DNA of 64,000 nt from an uncultured Planctomycetia bacterium (GCA_964642015.1 CAZXLF010000001.1:254375-318374), one strand, 5' to 3'. Positions 49,909 to 59,272 are shown, counted from the first letter of the stretch. Numbers and translations are program-made. Notes: a model not told the origin generated them from the letters alone.

Positions 49909-51130
49909 TAAAGACTTTAAGGTCGATATAACCGATCAAAGTTATTTACGGCCTATGATCGATTCTTTCTTGGGATGGCTTGATAAAAACGGCTATGCCG
50001 GCTATGACGCGTATGATCTGTGGGCTACGCGATACGGAATTTTTTCAAGGAAGATCTATTACAAGAACAAATTTTTATCCGCGCCTTTTGTTGCGCCGGT
50101 CGTATTGGCGGAGATGCTTTGCCCTGGCTTGAGCCGTTTGTTTTTACGGAGGCACCGCTTTGCGATCGCTGACGCGCATTTTATCTTGGGTTATCTAAAT
50201 CTTTTTTCGGCGACGAAAGAAGAGCGATATCTTAAAGAAGCGACCAAGCTTTCGGATGAATTATTGGGCCAAAGCGTCAGCGGGTATTCCGGCATATGCT
50301 GGGGCTATCCATTTGACTGGCAAAATAACCGCGGGCTCTGGAAAAAGGGAACGCCTTTTGTCACCGTAACGCCTTATGGCATGGAAGCGATGCTTGCGCT
50401 ATATGATGCGACAAAGGATAAAAAATATCTGGATCAAGCGCTTTCAAGCGCACAGTTCATTTTGAAAGATATCCGTGATACCAAAACCTCGGATGACGCG
50501 TCGGCATGCTCTTATTCGCCGCTGGATGAAAGCAAAGTCGTGAACGCGAGCGCTTACCGCGCTTTTGCGCTTACGGAAGCGTTCCATAGATCCCAGCAAA
50601 AAGAATTTCAGGAAAAAGCGCTGAGGAATCTCAATTTTGTGCTTCAAAGTCAAAAACCCGACGGTTCATGGCTTTATGCCGAAGGCAATTCGCAGGATGC
50701 TTTCATAGATAATTTTCATACTTGTTTTGTGCTGAAAAATCTCTGCAAGCTGAACCGGCATCTAAAAAGCGCGGATGTAGAAGGTGCGATCATTAAGGGT
50801 TATGGATATTATAGGAAGCAGCTGTTCGATAAGAGCGGGGAGCCCAAACCTTTTGCTGGAACAAAGAGCGGCCAATTCGTGAGGTATGAGTTGTACGATT
50901 TTGCCGAAGCGATCACATTGGGGACTCTATTAAAAGAAAAAGTATTAGGAGCTTTTGAATTGTCAAAAACGTTAGCAGAAAAGGTGATGAAAAATTACCA
51001 GCTTCGTGACGGACATTTTGTCACGCGTGTTTATAAGTCGGGCACCAAAAACTCCGTACCTTATATCCGCTGGCCTCAAGCGCAGATGTTTTATGCACTG
51101 ACCAGCCTTTTAAAGGAAGTGAGCGGCTGA
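49886..51130 (+). CDS. hypothetical protein, possible alpha/alpha-toroid fold
   Basis: 'QKPDGSWLYAEGNSQDAFIDNFHTCFVL' repeat reminiscent of the 4515 and 24400 proteins, and 'ICWGYPFDWQN'. No confident family assignment. Confidence 0.35.
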   Translation: MEKNLLIDKDFKVDITDQSYLRPMIDSFLGWLDKNGYAGYDAYDLWATRYGIFSRKIYYKNKFLSAPFVAPVVLAEMLCPGLSRLFLRRHRFAIADAHFILGYLNLFSATKEERYLKEATKLSDELLGQSVSGYSGICWGYPFDWQNNRGLWKKGTPFVTVTPYGMEAMLALYDATKDKKYLDQALSSAQFILKDIRDTKTSDDASACSYSPLDESKVVNASAYRAFALTEAFHRSQQKEFQEKALRNLNFVLQSQKPDGSWLYAEGNSQDAFIDNFHTCFVLKNLCKLNRHLKSADVEGAIIKGYGYYRKQLFDKSGEPKPFAGTKSGQFVRYELYDFAEAITLGTLLKEKVLGAFELSKTLAEKVMKNYQLRDGHFVTRVYKSGTKNSVPYIRWPQAQMFYALTSLLKEVSG

Positions 51131-51131
51131 T

Positions 51132-53039
51132 ATGTGCGGCATAGCGGGTGTATTTAATTTCCAAAGTCAAGACACGGTCTCAGAGGAGCTTCTTAAACGG
51201 ATGTGCGACGCGATCAAGCACCGCGGGCCGGATGACGAAGGATTCTTTATCGACCCGGTTTCGCGCGTCGGGTTTGGTCATCGACGGCTCAGCATTATCG
51301 ACCTGTCCGGCGGAAAACAGCCGATGCCGAACGATGCGGAAGATGTCTGGATCGTATTCAACGGTGAGATCTATAATTTTCCGGAACTAAAAAAAGAACT
51401 ATTGGACAAAGGATATGTTTTCAGAAATAGATCCGATACCGAAGTGATCGTGAATCTTTATAAAGAATACGGCGTCGAAGCTTTTGACCGGTTGAATGGC
51501 ATTTTTGCTTTCGCGATCTATGATAAAAAAGATCGCTCAGTGATCCTGGCAAGAGATCGTTTTGGTGTAAAACCGCTTTATTATTGGCTCAATAAAGGGA
51601 AGGTCGTCTTCGCCTCGGAAATGAAGGCAATATTTCAAGATGAGTCTGTCCCGAAAGAGTTGGATACGGAATCGCTGGATAGCTTCCTAACTTTTCGTTA
51701 TAACCCTTCCCCGCAAACGATGTTCAAGGGTGTTAAAAAATTGTACCCGGGACATTATCTGAAGATCGAACTGGACAAAGGATGGGAACTTAAAAGTTTT
51801 ACTCAAGACAGCCCGAGGATCGACGTGCGTATCAGCGAGCAAGATGCTGTCGCGGAATATAGAAGACTTCTCGAAGCGGCGGTCAAGCGTCAAATGATCA
51901 GCGATGTGCCGGTAGGCCTTTTCTTAAGCGGGGGCGTGGACTCGGCGGTGCTTGGAGTGCTGATGCAGAAGCACTATAAGGAAAAAATAAACACGTTCAC
52001 GATCGGCTTTGAAGGGCAGGGTGATTACAACGAGCTGGAAGACGCGAGAGTGTCCGCAAAGCTGATCGGCTCCGATCATCATGAGATGACGCTGTCGCAG
52101 GCGGATTATATGAAATTTTTTTATGAATCATTCACCGTCACGGAGGAACCGATCGCTGAGACGACGATCCCGGCGCTTTACTATGTATCCAAGCTTGCGG
52201 CCAAGCACCTTAAGGTGGTGCTGGCAGGCCAAGGGGCAGATGAGCCGATGGCGGGTTATCACCGGTATCTGGGAGCGCATTTTATAGGGAAGTACGGAAA
52301 TATTTTGAAAGCATTGCCGCTTGGACTTGCGTCAAAATTCATCCCCCGGAATGAGCGCTTCAAAAGAGCTGTCTATGTGAGTCGTTTTTCCGGGGAGCTC
52401 GAAAAGATCCTTGCGATCTATACGATCTTTGATCCCGAACAGAAAAAACTCCTTTATAACGGCCGGGCGCACACGAATGGAAATAATGTTAATGAAACCA
52501 TAACGAACCGGCTGTATGCCGAAGCCAAAGATCTGCCGGATATGCTTTCAAAAATTCTATACATAGATACGCGAATGAGCTTACCGGACGATCTTTTGCT
52601 TTTCAACGACAAGATCACAATGGCCAATTCTCTGGAAATGCGCGTACCTTTTCTGGATATAGAACTTGTAAAATTTCTGGAATCTCTGCCTTCGTCGATG
52701 AAATTGAAGGGCACGCAGCGCAAGTATATCCATAAAAAAGCTGTCGAGGCGTGGCTGCCGAATGAGATCATTTATAGGAAGAAAAGGGGATTTATGACAC
52801 CGATGGATGAATGGCTGCAGAATGATATGGCATTGACGGTAAAAAAGATCGTTAATGATAAAGCATCGGCTTCCAGGAAGTTTTTTGATGTGGGATATAT
52901 CGACAGAATGATCGATCTTCACAGAGCTAGGAAGGAAAATTATCAGCGCCACATTTTCGCGCTTTTGTCATTCGAGCTTTGGTATAAAACTTTTTTTGAA
53001 AATAAAACTTTTGTAGTGCCCCAGCTTATAGGTCAATAA
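51132..53039 (+). CDS. asnB: asparagine synthetase-type glutamine amidotransferase (exosortase/EPS-locus-associated AsnB homolog)
   Basis: N-terminal nucleophile 'MCGIAGVFNF', class-II GATase domain and a PP-loop synthetase domain 'FLSGGVDSAV'. 635 aa. Confidence 0.85.
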   Translation: MCGIAGVFNFQSQDTVSEELLKRMCDAIKHRGPDDEGFFIDPVSRVGFGHRRLSIIDLSGGKQPMPNDAEDVWIVFNGEIYNFPELKKELLDKGYVFRNRSDTEVIVNLYKEYGVEAFDRLNGIFAFAIYDKKDRSVILARDRFGVKPLYYWLNKGKVVFASEMKAIFQDESVPKELDTESLDSFLTFRYNPSPQTMFKGVKKLYPGHYLKIELDKGWELKSFTQDSPRIDVRISEQDAVAEYRRLLEAAVKRQMISDVPVGLFLSGGVDSAVLGVLMQKHYKEKINTFTIGFEGQGDYNELEDARVSAKLIGSDHHEMTLSQADYMKFFYESFTVTEEPIAETTIPALYYVSKLAAKHLKVVLAGQGADEPMAGYHRYLGAHFIGKYGNILKALPLGLASKFIPRNERFKRAVYVSRFSGELEKILAIYTIFDPEQKKLLYNGRAHTNGNNVNETITNRLYAEAKDLPDMLSKILYIDTRMSLPDDLLLFNDKITMANSLEMRVPFLDIELVKFLESLPSSMKLKGTQRKYIHKKAVEAWLPNEIIYRKKRGFMTPMDEWLQNDMALTVKKIVNDKASASRKFFDVGYIDRMIDLHRARKENYQRHIFALLSFELWYKTFFENKTFVVPQLIGQ

Positions 53040-53163
53040 GTTCAATAACTAGTGTCGATATCATCAATAATTAATAAAAATTAATCCTATTTTAATATTT
53101 TTTTAATCATACATTTTATATGATAAGCACGTATTACTTATACGCAAAGATCGTAAAAGTCTG

Positions 53164-53192
53164 TTGCACTTGACCCATTGAATTAGTATAAT
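53164..53192 (+). promoter_or_regulatory. putative sigma70-type promoter (TTGCAC-17-TATAAT)
   Basis: -35 'ttgcac' 53164-53169, 17-nt spacer, perfect -10 'tataat' 53187-53192, inside a 150-bp AT-rich intergenic region after asnB. This implies the downstream gene starts at ATG 53203 rather than 53191. Confidence 0.3.
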
Positions 53193-53202
53193 GCTACCCG
53201 CT

Positions 53203-54087
53203 ATGGAAGCTGTAATGGAAGCCAACAACTTATATCTGGACCACACCGAAAAGAAGAAAAGGGCGCTTATTTTCGGCTCTTTGGTCGATCCCTTGACGAT
53301 GGAAGAGACGCTGCAAAGCGTCGAGCGGATCGTTGACTCCCGCCAGACCGTCCAGCATGTTGTGATCAATGTCGCGAAGCTCGTGTTGATGCAGAAGGAC
53401 GAACATCTCAGGCAGATCGTGAACTCTTGCGGACTTATCAATTGCGACGGGCAGGGCGTGATCATGGGTGCCAAATTTTTGGGCATGCGGATCCCCGAGC
53501 GTGTGACCGGCATCGATCTTTTTTTGAATCTCGTCGAACGTTCCGAGCAGAAGGGCTATAAGCTGTATTTCTTCGGTGCGACAGAGCAAGTTGTTCAAAA
53601 AACGATCCGCGAGCTCCGGTCACAATACCCTGATCTAAAGATCGCCGGTTATCATAATGGTTATTACTCTCGCGAGCAGGAAGCGGAGATCGTTCAGGAC
53701 ATCAAAGCATCCGGTGCCGATATTTTGTTTGTCGCGATGAGCTCGCCTCAGAAAGAAATTTTTTTGAACAAATATATTCATGAAATGAACGTGCCTTTTG
53801 TAATGGGCGTCGGCGGCAGTTTTGATATTGTAGCCGGAGTGACTTTTAGAGCGCCTCTTTGGATGCAGAAAGCAGGGCTTGAATGGTTCCACCGCCTTTT
53901 GAATGAGCCCGCACGTATGTGGAAAAGATATCTTACTTCGAACAGTATCTTTTTGTGGATGCTGATCAAGGCGAAGCTTTTTGGCAAGGAAAGATACGGC
54001 TGTTTCCAGGAAGACCGCCGCCAGAACTGGCAGAGAACAGAGCCGGTTGAGGCCTATTTCACGGGCCAGGCCGCCGAAAATCTTTAG
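53203..54087 (+). CDS. WecB/TagA/CpsF-family glycosyltransferase (GT26), copy 2
   Basis: 'LIFGSLVDPLTMEETLQSVERI...VINVAKLVLM...INCDGQGVIMGAKF...YFFGATEQV' is collinear with 20616-21377. Confidence 0.75.
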   Translation: MEAVMEANNLYLDHTEKKKRALIFGSLVDPLTMEETLQSVERIVDSRQTVQHVVINVAKLVLMQKDEHLRQIVNSCGLINCDGQGVIMGAKFLGMRIPERVTGIDLFLNLVERSEQKGYKLYFFGATEQVVQKTIRELRSQYPDLKIAGYHNGYYSREQEAEIVQDIKASGADILFVAMSSPQKEIFLNKYIHEMNVPFVMGVGGSFDIVAGVTFRAPLWMQKAGLEWFHRLLNEPARMWKRYLTSNSIFLWMLIKAKLFGKERYGCFQEDRRQNWQRTEPVEAYFTGQAAENL

Positions 54088-54124
54088 TCCGAATAATCCC
54101 CCTCTTATAATATAATATTTCCCC

Positions 54125-54973
54125 ATGAAGCAGGTTTTACGCGCTCAACAAAAGAGCTTTGATATTTTCGATATTCTTGTCGCTGTCTCGGCAGGGATCA
54201 TGTTCGGCCCGACATTTTGCCGTCTCGCGACGCTGGGCTGGATCCAGGCCGATTATACGCACGCTTATTTTATATTTCCCATATTCATTTGGCTTGTCGC
54301 CAGAAAAAAGAAACTGCTTGCCAAAAGCGAAGACCTCTCTTTATTTGGGGCGGTGCTTTTTACCGCGGGGCTTACGGTCTACGTCTTTTCTGCGCTGAGC
54401 CGCTTCATGTTCCTTGAAGGCGTATCGCTTGTCGTCGTGGTGTGGGGCTTATTCAAACTTAAGTTTACGCGCGAGTCATACAAAAAAATACTATTTCCTC
54501 TGGCGTATCTGATATTTCTTATCCCGCCGCCGAAGCTTGTTATCGACACTGTTACGTCACCGCTTAAGATCATCAGCACGGACGGGAGCTATTTTCTTTT
54601 GAAACTGGTGCATCTGCCCGTATCAGTCCACGGCGCTATTCTTAAAGTAGGGGAATATGAGCTTTTCGTGGCGGACGCATGCAGCGGGTTCCGTTCGATG
54701 GTGACGCTTCTGGCGCTCGGCGCGTTGTACTCTTATCTTCAGCCGCTTTCTGCGAAAAAGAAATGGACTCTTTTTTTGTCAACGATCCCATTGGGCATTG
54801 CCGGCAATACGCTGAGACTTTTTTTGACCGGATGCATCGCTCATTTTGCCGGCATCCGCTATGCCGAAGGATTCTTTCATGAATTATCGGGCGCCGTGAT
54901 GTTCATATTTACGGTACTCGGCTTGATGTTCATTTCGACAAAACTCACCAGCAAGCCCAGCTTCAAAACGTGA
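54125..54973 (+). CDS. exosortase (EpsH/Xrt family transpeptidase)
   Basis: 282 aa polytopic membrane protein carrying the exosortase catalytic signature 'VADACSGFRSM' (conserved Cys followed by Arg) and the downstream 'AGNTLRLF' (conserved Asn...Arg). Confidence 0.8.
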   Translation: MKQVLRAQQKSFDIFDILVAVSAGIMFGPTFCRLATLGWIQADYTHAYFIFPIFIWLVARKKKLLAKSEDLSLFGAVLFTAGLTVYVFSALSRFMFLEGVSLVVVVWGLFKLKFTRESYKKILFPLAYLIFLIPPPKLVIDTVTSPLKIISTDGSYFLLKLVHLPVSVHGAILKVGEYELFVADACSGFRSMVTLLALGALYSYLQPLSAKKKWTLFLSTIPLGIAGNTLRLFLTGCIAHFAGIRYAEGFFHELSGAVMFIFTVLGLMFISTKLTSKPSFKT

Positions 54974-55695
54974 CGCTGAATCGATCTGCTTTTAGGGATT
55001 TGACACTCGCCGTTTTGATGATCGCCGCTTTCTTTCTGGTGATCAGTCATCCCGCCAAAAAGATCAACACGCAAAAAAAACTTTATATCGCTTCGCAGAT
55101 ACCGGAAAAATTCTCGGCATGGGACAGCCGTACCTATGATACGTCCGACTATTCGGATAAATGGCACTCGATCAATGAGCTTTTGATCAGGAATTATTTC
55201 AAGGCCACGCCATTTTCATTCAGAAGCCCAGCGGTCAATATCGGATTCATCACTGAGTTCAGCAGCGATATCCGGCAGAATTTCAGTTTTCATTTTCCGG
55301 AGAATTGTCACCGCGCGGGCGGAAATGATGTCGAGTTTTTGAAGCCGCTCCAAGTGGATCTGGGCAGCGGAAAGCATTTGCTGGCGAAGCGTATTTTCAT
55401 CAAAGGCCGTCTGGCATCCGAAGAAAAAGATGACAAGATCGTGACTTATTGGATCGTCATGGACGGAAAGCAATATTACAGGACGTTCTTTATCAAACTT
55501 GACCAAATGCTTTCAGGACTTCTCACGCACGCGAAACAGGGTATCTTGGTCAGGATCGATTATCAGCAGGATTTTGAATATTCTCCAGAAGGTATCGAGA
55601 AGGCCTCAAAAGTGACAGGGGATTTTATCAAAGACCTGTACGGTTCTCTGGATACCGAAAAAAGACGATTGATCTTCGGTAAAGAACTCGCTTAA
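54970..55695 (+). CDS. EpsI-family exosortase-associated protein
   Basis: N-terminal TM anchor plus the EpsI hallmark 'HFPENCHRAGGND' (H-x-P-E-x-C...GG). GTGA overlap with the exosortase stop. Confidence 0.7.
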   Translation: MTLNRSAFRDLTLAVLMIAAFFLVISHPAKKINTQKKLYIASQIPEKFSAWDSRTYDTSDYSDKWHSINELLIRNYFKATPFSFRSPAVNIGFITEFSSDIRQNFSFHFPENCHRAGGNDVEFLKPLQVDLGSGKHLLAKRIFIKGRLASEEKDDKIVTYWIVMDGKQYYRTFFIKLDQMLSGLLTHAKQGILVRIDYQQDFEYSPEGIEKASKVTGDFIKDLYGSLDTEKRRLIFGKELA

Positions 55696-55823
55696 GAAGG
55701 CCCGCCGGCTAAATTTGAATTTCATAAATTCATACTGTACACTTTGATTGAAGCCGAAGTGAGGACTGTCGGCTTCCAGTTTTTTTGGATGCATTTGAAA
55801 AACTTTTATAATAAGAGGACACT

Positions 55824-56126
55824 ATGAAGAAGTCACGATATGGAAAAAAGCGCGCATTGCGCATCAAGACATGCCGCGCTGTCAAATTTCTAGCGGCTTA
55901 CACGCTGATCTACATCGTCGCGTCGTTTTGCTTTCATCTGTCCATGGACCTTAGAAGCAGTAATTTCACACTATGGGAATATGGTTGGCTGGCTGTGAAA
56001 ATACCTGTTTTTGGTTTCTGCCTGATGATGCTTTTCCGCCGCGTGATCATTGATTCCGTGATACGCGTCCGCCGGACGAAATCCTACCGCTTTAATCCAA
56101 ACCGCTCTTCGGCGCTTGCCTCGTAA
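55824..56126 (+). CDS. small two-TM membrane protein, hypothetical
   Basis: Basic N-terminus followed by two hydrophobic helices. No motifs. Confidence 0.3.
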   Translation: MKKSRYGKKRALRIKTCRAVKFLAAYTLIYIVASFCFHLSMDLRSSNFTLWEYGWLAVKIPVFGFCLMMLFRRVIIDSVIRVRRTKSYRFNPNRSSALAS

Positions 56127-56167
56127 TCCGAGCTATCGTATACTGACCCCACGATCAAGGAGGGCGT

Positions 56168-56911
56168 ATGCGCATAGCAAGATCTTACGGATGGGTACCG
56201 GATGTTCCCGATCACCGCGATTATCTTTATAAAAATATTCGCCGTAAATTACGTCCGCCGAAAAAAATCGACCTGAGGATTTTTTGTTCACCGGTAGAAG
56301 ATCAGGGGCAGCTGGGAAGCTGCACGGCGAATGCGTTGGCAGGCAATATGGAATTTGTGGATGTAAAAACCCCGCCGAGCGGATATGTCGATGTGAGCCG
56401 ACTTTTCATTTACTACAATGAACGCGTGCTGATCCATACGGTCAAGAACGACTCGGGCGCGATGCTGCGTGACGGCATCAAGACGTTGACGAAGCAGGGT
56501 GTTTGCACAGAAAAGAGCTGGCCTTATCTGATAAGTAAATTTACGGATAAACCTCCCCAGACTTGTTTTGATGAAGCCAAGAAGCGCCGCATAATTTCTT
56601 ATCACCGAATCCTCACCCATGAAGAACGCCTATCATGCCTGACTGAAGGGTATCCGTTCGTTTTCGGGTTCACGGTCTATGAAAGCTTTGAGTCCCAAAC
56701 GGTAGCAAAAACAGGGGTGGTGCCGATGCCGTCAAAAGCAGAGCGTACCGTAGGCGGCCACGCGGTCATGGCGGTCGGATATGATGATAAAAGCAAGCGC
56801 TTTTTGGTGCGGAATTCATGGGGAAACGGATGGGGAATGAGCGGATATTTCACAATACCCTATAAATACCTCGATACACTCGCGGATGATTTCTGGACGA
56901 TCAGAAAATAG
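56168..56911 (+). CDS. papain-like (C1 family) cysteine peptidase, no signal peptide
   Basis: Catalytic Cys block 'QGQLGSCTANALAG', His block 'VGGHAVMAVGYDD', Asn/Trp block 'NSWGNGWGMSGYF': the Q-C-H-N tetrad of the papain fold. Confidence 0.75.
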   Translation: MRIARSYGWVPDVPDHRDYLYKNIRRKLRPPKKIDLRIFCSPVEDQGQLGSCTANALAGNMEFVDVKTPPSGYVDVSRLFIYYNERVLIHTVKNDSGAMLRDGIKTLTKQGVCTEKSWPYLISKFTDKPPQTCFDEAKKRRIISYHRILTHEERLSCLTEGYPFVFGFTVYESFESQTVAKTGVVPMPSKAERTVGGHAVMAVGYDDKSKRFLVRNSWGNGWGMSGYFTIPYKYLDTLADDFWTIRK

Positions 56912-57040
56912 TTTCTAAACCTTGCAAAGATTCAATTTATGTGAAAATTGATTCAATGTAGCATATTCCAATCCTGTTATTTAAGCTTTAACAATCCTAT
57001 TAATTTTTACACATTGGGGCTTTTTTTAGCAAAGTATGGC

Positions 57041-57069
57041 TTGACTGTATTTTTGCCGTTTGGTAAATT
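57041..57069 (+). promoter_or_regulatory. putative sigma70-type promoter (TTGACT-17-TAAATT) upstream of the PEP-CTERM gene
   Basis: -35 'ttgact' 57041-57046, 17-nt spacer, -10 'taaatt' 57064-57069, ~57 nt upstream of ATG 57127. Confidence 0.3.
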
Positions 57070-57126
57070 AACCACAGTCGATTTTTAAAAATTAGTCACA
57101 TTAAAATTTTTTTTGAAGGGAACACA

Positions 57127-57873
57127 ATGAAAAAAACATTCCGCGCGATTTTAGCAGTTACAATTTTATCGATCCTCGTGATGCCGAGCGCATTCGCGCA
57201 ATTCAATGTGAATTGGGGCACAAGCCAGGATGATGGGAATTTTGGATACCAGGATCTCGGTACTTGGTTCAAGAACAACGGCTATGCGCCAGACCAAGCC
57301 TCCGGTGAAAATTTCGCGAAGACCGGTTATATCGGCTTCAACGGCGGCGATGCGGATCCTTATTATTTCGGACCGACGACCTCAGCGACTCTTCAGGTGG
57401 TTCAGCGTATAGCGGGTAATGCGGATCTGACGACGTTGGGTTACTATACGGGTTCCGGTGCGGGCAAGACACTCACTCAGGTGCTAGGCCTCAATCAGAA
57501 TGGCCCAGCAACAGTAAATAATTTATCAAATCCATTTGGCTTGTATTTTAGCTCGCCTGATAACTATAGGAGCAGCACATATAACACTTGGTATACGAAC
57601 AGAGCGGAGAATTCTCAAGCGGGTGTTCCCAATAATGCAGGCGGAGATCCTCAGGCGCTGATCTATTCGTTAGGCAAGGGTCAGTGGCTTATCGCATGGG
57701 ATGATATGGACGTGACCACGGGGCTTTCTGACAGAGATTATAACGATGCTTATGTCAAATTGACCACGACCGTGAACCCCGAGCCTGTCAGCTCGCTTCT
57801 TTTTGCTTTGGGCGGTTTGGTGTTGGCTGCGGGTATCTTCATGCAGCAGAGAAAGGCCGTTGCGGTTAGGTAA
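57127..57873 (+). CDS. PEP-CTERM sorting-domain secreted protein (exosortase substrate)
   Basis: Signal peptide 'MKKTFRAILAVTILSILVMPSAFA'. C-terminus 'VNPEPVSSLLFALGGLVLAAGIFMQQRKAVAVR' is the tripartite PEP motif, hydrophobic helix and basic tail. Confidence 0.8.
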   Translation: MKKTFRAILAVTILSILVMPSAFAQFNVNWGTSQDDGNFGYQDLGTWFKNNGYAPDQASGENFAKTGYIGFNGGDADPYYFGPTTSATLQVVQRIAGNADLTTLGYYTGSGAGKTLTQVLGLNQNGPATVNNLSNPFGLYFSSPDNYRSSTYNTWYTNRAENSQAGVPNNAGGDPQALIYSLGKGQWLIAWDDMDVTTGLSDRDYNDAYVKLTTTVNPEPVSSLLFALGGLVLAAGIFMQQRKAVAVR

Positions 57874-57896
57874 TATTTCATAAATTTATTTTAAAG

Positions 57897-57926
57897 AACG
57901 GGAGTCTTCGGACTCCCGTTTTTTTA
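57897..57926 (+). terminator. rho-independent terminator
   Basis: 'aacgggagtc-ttcg-gactcccgtt' perfect 10-bp stem with a GNRA-like loop, followed by 'ttttttt'. Confidence 0.7.
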
Positions 57927-57976
57927 TGTCTAAAAAATACTGAAAGATTTCTTATGAGTCTGGTATGATGGTGCGC

Positions 57977-59125
57977 ATGAAAAAAAGAAAAGTAGCGATC
58001 GTGTTCGGTACAAGGCCCGAGGCGATCAAAATGGCGCCGATCGTCAAAACGCTTGAAAAAGACCGCGCCCGCATTCAGCCTGTCGTAGTGGTCACTGCCC
58101 AGCACCGCCACATGCTTGATCAAATCCTCCATATATTTCGCATCAAGGCGGACCATGATCTGAACGTGATGTCGAATAATCAGACTCTCGCCGATATCGT
58201 GTCCGTCTCGGTAACGCGTATCAGCCATGTTTTTGCTCAAGAAAAACCGGACCTTGTTCTGGTCCAGGGCGATACCACGACGAGCTTTATCGCGGCGCTC
58301 GCCGCTTACTTTCATAAGATCCCTATCGGGCATGTCGAAGCGGGTCTGAGGACCTATAATAAATACGAACCATTCCCCGAAGAGATGAATCGCCGCCTTG
58401 CCGGAGTTTTGACCGACTTGCATTTTGCGCCTACAAAGACTTCCTATAATCATCTTGTCAGAGAGGGAGTGGATAAGAAAAATATTTTCATCACCGGCAA
58501 TACGGTCATCGATGCGCTTCTGATGACCGTGAAAAAAAAGTTTGATCTCCGCAAGATCCGGGACGCACATCTTGCGGAAAAATTGTCGAAAGTGGATTTT
58601 AAACGGCGCCGCATTATTTTGGTAACCGCGCACCGCAGGGAAAGTTTCGGCAAACCTTTTCTCAGTATCTGCGGGTCCATCAAAGAGATCGTCGAAAAGA
58701 ACAAAGACGTCGAAGTGATATACCCGGTGCATCTGAATCCTAACGTGCAGGAGCCGGTGAACAAGATCCTCGGAGGGCTTGATCGTGTGCATCTGATCCC
58801 GCCGCTGGATTATGAAGTGTTTACTCAGCTGATGAAAAGAAGTTACCTGATCCTCACGGATTCAGGCGGTGTGCAGGAAGAGGCACCGTCGCTGGGTAAG
58901 CCGGTTTTGGTGATGAGAAATGTTACCGAGCGCCCTGAGGCGGTGAAAGCCGGTACCGTACGTCTGGTCGGAACCGACAAGCGCGTGATCCTGCGCGAAG
59001 TCCAACGGCTTCTTGATAGTAAAAAAGCATATCGGGCCATGTCCCGCAGCCATAATCCCTATGGCGACGGCAAGTCCGCGGCCCGCATTCATAAGATTAT
59101 TCTCCGATATCTGTCTAATAAATAA
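57977..59125 (+). CDS. wecB: UDP-N-acetylglucosamine 2-epimerase (non-hydrolysing)
   Basis: 'KVAIVFGTRPEAIKMAPIV' canonical N-terminus, 'VQGDTTTSF', 'HVEAGLRTY' and 'TDSGGVQEEAPSLGKPVLVMR' blocks. Confidence 0.85.
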   Translation: MKKRKVAIVFGTRPEAIKMAPIVKTLEKDRARIQPVVVVTAQHRHMLDQILHIFRIKADHDLNVMSNNQTLADIVSVSVTRISHVFAQEKPDLVLVQGDTTTSFIAALAAYFHKIPIGHVEAGLRTYNKYEPFPEEMNRRLAGVLTDLHFAPTKTSYNHLVREGVDKKNIFITGNTVIDALLMTVKKKFDLRKIRDAHLAEKLSKVDFKRRRIILVTAHRRESFGKPFLSICGSIKEIVEKNKDVEVIYPVHLNPNVQEPVNKILGGLDRVHLIPPLDYEVFTQLMKRSYLILTDSGGVQEEAPSLGKPVLVMRNVTERPEAVKAGTVRLVGTDKRVILREVQRLLDSKKAYRAMSRSHNPYGDGKSAARIHKIILRYLSNK

Positions 59126-59272
59126 TTAGTACATGTCATCCCGAGCGTAGTCGAGGGATCTAAAGAAGTTTTTTGCATGACAAGAAATTCTGTAGATTCC
59201 TCGATTCGCTAAATTGAAAAAATTAGGCTCACTCGGAATGACAATTTAGTCTGTCATGACGAGCCAATCCCA

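Noticed and set aside
53040-53190. AT-rich 150-bp gap as a possible mobile-element scar or attachment site
   Set aside because: There are no direct repeats, no integrase and no tRNA. It is more simply a promoter region (TTGCAC-17-TATAAT) for the GT26-exosortase genes.
57878-58792. 304-aa ORF on the minus strand
   Set aside because: It lies entirely antisense to the strongly conserved wecB reading frame (57977-59125) and has no motifs. A frame-shadow ORF.
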